This document shows, piece after piece, positions 57,400-64,000 of a stretch of 64,000 nt of DNA (positions are counted from its first letter, which is position 1; the number at the start of each line of letters is the position of its first letter). Location of the stretch: assembly GCF_044704955.1 (NCBI RefSeq), contig NC_091997.1, positions 28,272,001-28,336,000 on the forward strand, given 5' to 3'. The DNA comes from Pristiophorus japonicus (Eukaryota). The position numbers were made by a program, and so were the translations under genes. The notes below the pieces were generated by a model. That model had not been told where the DNA came from. It was given only the letters and a program-made list of their open reading frames with translations, and searched no databases.

Positions 57400-58114
57400 G
57401 TAAGTATCAGAACAAGAGAACAGTATGCAGTGACAGACTTCATGAGAATTATTGTTTGCGCAATTGGTGTGTCCTAGGAATGAGTATTTCTTGGATTTCA
57501 AAAAGCTGCCTGTTAATTTAGTGGCAATAGGCAGCTGATCACGAATCTGAGCTAAAAACAAAACTGGTTTGACCACCAAAGCAAAATTTGTTAATGGCCT
57601 AGATCTAAATGAAAGTACAGAAACAAATGCTGGCACGGGCTCGATGGGCCAAATGGCCGACTTCCATGCTGTAACCATTCTATGATTCTATGAATTGCCA
57701 TTGGAAAAATTGCTGTATTGTGGTCAAAATGATGGGGTTCAAAACTCAAATCTAACAGTAGTATGACTTGCAGCTGGCTGCTTGATGAGGTGCCTCACAA
57801 CACTGAAATATCACACTTAAGGCTAAGTTTCAGCATGCCAATTAGTTTGGAAAAAATTATTTGAGCTAAAGAAAAAAAAAAATGGTGGCTTGAAAGGAAC
57901 CTCTGCACATTTATCCTCCCACCTCAAATCATTGTTTCTATCCTTTTTGCTCACAATAATAACATGAGAATATGACATTTGGCTCATCCAGCCACACTCT
58001 CCTATCACAGTATCTTGAGTTTTTGCCTTTAATACCCTACCCAGAAGTCCATTCCAATCATTGATCACTCTTTATATGAGCAGTACCTGACATCAGTCCT
58101 AGGCTTCCAACAGG

Positions 58115-58705
58115 TTCAGCTGTGACTCAGTAGCAGCACTCTAGCCTCAAAGTCAGATGAATGTGGGTTAAAGTCCCACTCCGTGACTTAAGCACATAAT
58201 CTAGGCTGACACTTCAATGCAGTACTGAAGGAGTGTGGCACTGTCGGAGGTGCCATCTTTCAGATGTGACATTAAACTGAGGCCCTGTCTTCTCAGGTGG
58301 ACATAAAAGATCCCATTGCACTATTTCGAAGAAAAGCAGGGGAGTACTGAGTGCAGTTCTGAGGGACTGCTGCGCTGTTGGAGGTGCCGCCTTTCAGATG
58401 AGACATTAAACTTAGGCCCGTTCTACTCTCTTTGGTGAATGCAGAAGGTCTAATAGAACTATTTGAAGAAGAGCAGCAGAGTTCTCCAGGTGTCTTGGCC
58501 AATATTTGTCCCTCAACCAACATCACTAAACCAGATGATTTTGTAATTTATCTTATTGCTGTTTGTGAGACTTTGCTGAGTGCAAATTGGCTGCCACGTT
58601 TTCCTACCTTATAACCGTGACTATACTTCAGAAATATTTAATTGGCAGTAAAGCGCTTTAGGATTCTTGAGTTTGTGAAAGGTGCTAGATATATGCAAAT
58701 TCCTC
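58115..58705 (+). mobile_element. DeuSINE/SacSINE1-like SINE with internal duplication (dimer-like)
   Basis: Segment gcag..ctgagggag...ttaaactgaggccc occurs twice (about 58220 and 58352). Confidence 0.8.
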
Positions 58706-58849
58706 TCCTACATAATTTGTTTCTTTTACTCATTTTACATTGTATTATTTTATTAATACATTTAGGTTTTTTTTAGTCTACACTTACTATCTCTCGATGT
58801 ATATGTACTGTACATGATTAGTAGCATGCCCTCAACTGAGATTTTCTTG

Positions 58850-59340
58850 AGTACTGCCCCTAGTTGCTTTGTTTAAGCTCTTTCCTAATTCCTTGAAGTT
58901 GGCCTTTTTAAAGTTGTGCACAAGAGCATTGGTTTGCATATTGATTTATCCCTGATCAATGCAAATACAAGTCCTTTCCTTTGATCATGTCAAATTTAAT
59001 CATGTTATGATTGCTATTATCTAGGGATGCTACGACTTCAGTTTCTAAATATGCATTTTGTCGTTGGCAATTAAATGTAAGTTAGTTCTCATGACATCCC
59101 TAATGCATTGTGTCAAAAAGCAGTGATGAATTACATTAATGAACTCTGATTTAAGCCTGCTCGGGCATTCTTGGTTAATATTAGGTGGGTTGGAGTTTTT
59201 TATTAGTAAGAACTTTCTGTTTGCAAATACTTCCTTTATTTCTTCATGCCGTCATGTCATGTTTTAATTTTGAACTGATGGTCTACAGCAAACCCATAGA
59301 GTTGATTTGTTCCCTTCACATGATTTTCAACTGGTTAATT
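58850..59340 (-). mobile_element. Old CR1-like endonuclease-region remnant
   Basis: Minus strand reads ASLDNSNHNMIKFD, resembling the CR1 PLGKSDHNMVEF motif seen at about 30810. Confidence 0.5.
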
Positions 59341-59349
59341 TGAACTTTT

Positions 59350-59608
59350 CCATTTAAAACAGAAATGAGGAGGAATTTCTTCTCTGAGGGTCGTGATACT
59401 TTGGAATTCTCTACTCCAAACAGCTGTGGAGGCTGGGTCATTGAATATATTTAAGGTGGAGATTGACTGATTTTTCAGAGATGAGGGAGTCAAGGGATAC
59501 GAGGGAGAGGGCAGGGAAGTGGAGTTGAGCCCAAGATCAGATCAGCCATGATCTTATTGAATGGCAGAGCAGGCTCGAGGGGCCTATTTCCTATTTCTTA
59601 TGTTCTTA
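59350..59608 (+). mobile_element. CR1 3' end
   Basis: Matches 13600-13873; tail ttcttatgttctta. Confidence 0.85.
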
Positions 59609-60145
59609 CACTTACAGACCCACAATAAATTTACCACAAATCCTCTCAAAATATCAATGTAAAATAAATTTACCCACCTCCAGAGCCGACACTTTCGGGG
59701 CCCGCCGATCCATCAGCACCTGAACTCAAATATAATTTAAAAACATTTCTGTTGATTTATACATTATTTAGATGGATTTTCCCCCCTAAATTAGCTCTCT
59801 GTAAAAGGAAGGGATTTGTTGATCGTCCTGGTCCCACCAAGTAATCAGTTCAAAAACATCTTGCGGTCAGACGTAGAGATAAAAAAAATCTGACTGGCCA
59901 CCCAAATGACTTTTCAATCCTGCATTTTGCACCTCTGTCCTCCCAGTGGGTGATGAAGATGCACCCACACTGGTGTGGATATTTACAGGAATATTCAAAT
60001 CCAGTGACACCAGGCTAACCTGAATACTCCAGCAGTGTCAGGAGCAGAGGTCAGTGGTGTAGTGAGATTCTCATTCTACAGTATTTAATGTTTGATTAAT
60101 GACTGACAGTCGTTCTAGCCAGTCGGCACACACACATACTGAAAA

Positions 60146-60229
60146 CACTTGACCTCCCCTTATCTGGAAATATCCCTCATTCGGAACAGGCCAGGTCCTG
60201 AGGGTTCTGGATAAGGAAGCTTCAACCTG
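60146..60229. mobile_element. Short pogo-type MITE derivative
   Basis: Degenerate versions of the TIRs at 48225-48568. Confidence 0.6.
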
Positions 60230-61269
60230 TACTTAAAAAAACAACTACTTTTCAAGTAAAATAAACTTTTCACTGCATTTTTCCGAAACCCTTGTCATGT
60301 TTGGTTAGAGAAACAGCATTATCCATTTTAACTTAATCACAAATCATTGTTTGGCGTCTTAGACAGCCGAATGTTTGTCTTGGGCTAAAAGGTCATGGAC
60401 TTGAAACTTGATGGGATTCACCCAGTCTTTCCTCCTACTGAGAGATAAAAGTAGTATTGTATCTTAGTAAGTGGGGAGAACGCATGGTATTTGTATTCAG
60501 ATAACCTTGGCTGTTTAAAAGTGGGGATTAGCACTGTAGCCAATTTGTGTCTAATGAATGCCGTGTTATGAGGGTTATGCTTTTTTGTTTTTCTCTCATA
60601 TATGTATATATACACAACAACTACACTTCAATTTAAAAAAAAACAGTTAGCAATAGCAACACAACATCAGCCCATTCGGTAGCCTCGAGGGAGAGAGAAA
60701 TAGCAAAAAGATAGGCATATCAATATAACTAAAAACAGGTTGGCTCGATTCCATGTCAAATAAGGAAGGTCCAAAATGTATTTGATGTAAACAGATCTTA
60801 AAGGTTTGCGCACATCATGAACTTTCAAAATAACTTTTAGGTCATTTTTGTCTTCCCCTTTTAAAGATTCCTTGTGCCACTTACTAATCCTCTCGCTAGA
60901 AGCAAAAAAATACAGTTCATTAGAGACCTTCTTGCTTTTCTCCCTTGTCAATTTTTAAATTACTGTATTTCAATTACTCCTTTCTTCAAATGCTCCACAA
61001 AAAGCAGGATTTCCCAGCCAGAGGAAGGGGCACATTACTTGTTACTAGGGCCGGACCGCTGGCAGTCTGGACCAATGTCTAGAAGATTTGTAAAAGCACT
61101 ATGATAGTCTAAACAAATGATTTTCTCTTCCCACACCATGAAGATATTTTTAATGAGCATAATTGTGATTGTTCAAGTGTCATTTTTGAAATGTCACAAA
61201 ATTCTGAAGTTTCATTGATTGCAAATCTCCATATTGGTGAATTTCTATGTTGAGGATTTTGTTAGCGTC

Positions 61270-61640
61270 TAAAAAGAACTTGCAGTAATGTAGCACCTTT
61301 CACGATGTCCCAAAACACTTTACAGCTAATGAAGTACTATTTTTGAAGTGTGGTCACAGTTGTAATGTAGCAGTCAATTTGCACACAGACAGCAGTGTGA
61401 TAATGATCTGTTTTTAATGATGTTGGATGAGGAGTAAATATTGGGCAGGTCACTGGGGAGAACTTACCCTGCTCTTCTTGAAAACAGCATCATGGGATCT
61501 TTTATGTCCCACTGAGAAGGCCCCTCCAACAGGGCAGCACTCCCTCAGTACTGGGCTGGAGTAGCAGCCTGGATTATGTGTGCAAGTCTCTGGAGTGGGT
61601 TTTGAACTGGCAAACCTTCTGACACTGAGTCACAGCTGGC
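61270..61640 (-). mobile_element. DeuSINE/SacSINE1-like SINE (diverged)
   Basis: Reverse complement of the SINE family. Confidence 0.75.
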
Positions 61641-61959
61641 ATCTATCTACAAGGTTGTTTGTAAAGTTTGTGCCTACCTTCACACCAGTTAACTGTTTCC
61701 CTGATGGATGCTGCAATCAGTTACTTGTACAAAATAAATTGCTTTATAATGAGCTCTGTACATTAGGAACATCGGACATTTTAGAAAAAACAAAAGTCTA
61801 CTTGGTCTAACAAGGATTTTTTTTGGTTGATCTCAATCCCACCTTCCTGCATTCTCACCATATCATTCAATCCCATTATATTCCAGAAACATATTTATGC
61901 AACTTGACACTGTGGCAACTTATTTCATATATCTAATATATGTTGTATGGAATAGTTGT

Positions 61960-63283
61960 GTCTGAATTGCCTCTTAGGAGACAGAGAGTAGGGATAATGG
62001 GTATGCACTCAAATTGGCAGGATGTAACTAGTGGTGTACCCCAGGGATCGGTACAAATTTTCACTATATTTATAAATGACTTTGATGAAGGAATAGAGAG
62101 CCGTATCTCCAAGTTTGCTGACGACACTAAGTTAGGGCCACAGTAAGTTGTGTAGATGGGAACAGAAAGTTGCAAAGGGACATGGATAGATTAAGTGAGT
62201 GGGCAAAACTGTACCTGATGGAGTTCAATGTGGGATAGTGTGAGGTCTTCCACTTTAGACATAAGAAAGATAGATCAGAGTATTTTCAAAATGGTGAGAA
62301 GCTAGGTGCTGTGGATGAGCAGAGATATTTAGGGGTTCATGTACAGAAATCACTAAAAGCTAGTGGACAGATACAAAAATAATTAAAAAGGCTAATGGAA
62401 TGTTGGCCTTTATCTTAAGAGGACTGGAATACAAAGGGGCGAAAGCTATGTTACAGTTGTGCAGAGCTCTGGTTAGATCCCACCTGGAGCACTGCATTCA
62501 GTTCTGGGTACCGCACCCCAGGAAGGATATAGTGACCTTCATCCTCCGTGCAGCAGAGCAGGTCTCCAGTCGTCTTGGTTAGCCTTTGCCACTGGATAAA
62601 GGCCGAGCTCTGTCAAGCCCGTGTAGTGGCTGGTGTGCAACGGTCACCACATGTTAAAAAAATTCACTCACAGGCATCTTCCACCCCCTCAATTGAAGTT
62701 CAGGACTGGAACATCGAGTCCTTCGTCGAAACACTTGTGAACTCATGGAAGCAAGCCATCCTCGTTCGAGGGACCGCCTATGATTGATTGATTGATTGAG
62801 TGACCTTGGAGGGGATGCAGCACAGATTCACCAGAATGATAAAAAGGTTAAATTATGAGGACAGGTTTCATAGATTAGGCTTGCATTGCTTTGAATATAG
62901 AATATTAAGGGATGATTTAATTGACGTGTTTAAGATTATCAAATGATTTGATAGGGTAGATAGAAACTATTTCTTTTGGTGGGACAGTCCAGATCAAGAG
63001 GGCATAACCTTAAAATTAGCTAGGACATTCAGGGGCAATGTCAAAAAGCATTTTTTCCACATAAAGGGTAGTGGAAATCTGGAACTATCTTCCCCCAAAA
63101 AGCTGTTGAGGCTAGCTCAATTAATAATTTTAAACCTGAGATTGATAGATTATTGCTAGCCAAGGGTATTAAGGGATATGGAGCCAAGGTAGGTAAATGG
63201 AGCTAGGATACAGATCAGGCATGAACTCGTTGAATGCCAGAACAGGCTCGAGGGGCTGAATGGCCTCCTGTTCCTATGTTCTT
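61960..63283 (+). mobile_element. CR1 3' part with a nested RTE-related short element (62540-62798)
   Basis: VTSGVPQGS and KFADDTK motifs; insert flanked by 9-bp TSD AGTGACCTT with a (GATT)n tail. Confidence 0.85.
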
Positions 63284-63334
63284 GCCACTGAGCCAATTGT
63301 CCATTCAACACTTTCCTGTATCATCATTTAGAAA

Positions 63335-64000
63335 GGCACGGATTAATCAAGGACAGTCTGCACGGATTTATTAAGTGAAGGTCGTGCCTGACTAACTTGA
63401 TTGAATTTTTTGAGGAGGTAACAAGGAGGGTTGATAGCGCATTTGATATAATCTATATGGATTTTAACAAGGCTGTTCTCAGGTTCCATATGGCAGACTG
63501 ATCAGAAAAGCCCATGGGATCCAAACGAAAGTGGCATGTTGGATCCAAATTTGGCTCATTGGCAGGAAGCAAATATAAAGGTCAACAGGTGTTTTAGTGG
63601 CTGGAAGGCTGTTTCCAGTGAGGTTCTGCAGGGTTCAGTACTCGGTCCCTTGTTTTTTGTGGTATGTATCAATGATTTAGACTTCAATGCAGGGGGCATG
63701 ATTAAGAAGTTTGCAGATGATACAAAAATTGGCCATGTGGTTGATAGTGAGGAAGAAAGCTGTAGACCTCAGAAAGATATCAATGGACTGGTCTGGTGGG
63801 CAGAAAAGTGACAAATGGAATTCAATCCATGAAGTGTGAGGTAATGCATTTGGGGAGGGCTAACAAGACAAGGGAATATGCAATAAATGTTAGGATACTG
63901 AGAAGTGTAGAGGAACAAAGGGATGTTGGAGTGCAAGTCCACAGATCCCTGAAGGTAGTAGGACGGGTAGATAAGATGGTTAAGAAGACATATGAGATAC
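63335..64000 (+). mobile_element. CR1 RT region running off the window end
   Basis: SCLTNLIEFFEEV, QGSVLGPL, KFADDTK. Confidence 0.88.

Noticed and set aside
59989-60049. AG/GT-bounded candidate for LRRC37-like exon 2
   Set aside because: In the required phase it hits a TGA after five codons, is 61 nt, and has no LxxLxLxxN pattern

Overview
Eukaryotic, repeat-dense vertebrate DNA. The gene sequences and repeat families point to a shark (elasmobranch); the species cannot be fixed from the sequence. Three + strand genes lie in tandem. (1) A complete 5-exon growth hormone gene, CDS 16632-22200, 210 aa precursor and 183 aa mature hormone, with a TATA box and Pit-1-type sites. (2) A complete 7-exon RDM1 gene, CDS 33378-51217, 296 aa. 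(3) The promoter and first coding exon (57167-57399) of a secreted or membrane LRR protein that resembles LRRC37; its later exons were not found in the window. The rest is largely transposon-derived: CR1, L2, RTE, Tx1 and Penelope-like retroelements, DeuSINE/SacSINE1-like SINEs, solo LTRs, Harbinger, hAT and pogo-type MITEs, one near full-length CR1 and one decayed two-gene Harbinger. Main leads: a compact LRRC37-like gene in a GH-RDM1-LRRC37 block; an inverted mammal-like Pit-1 site; a fifth cysteine and an in-frame cryptic acceptor in GH; and a Penelope hammerhead-ribozyme core inside GH intron 3 whose cleavage site appears deleted. All comparisons with human or shark proteins and promoters come from memory and need alignment. 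Repeat boundaries are approximate unless a TIR or TSD is quoted.
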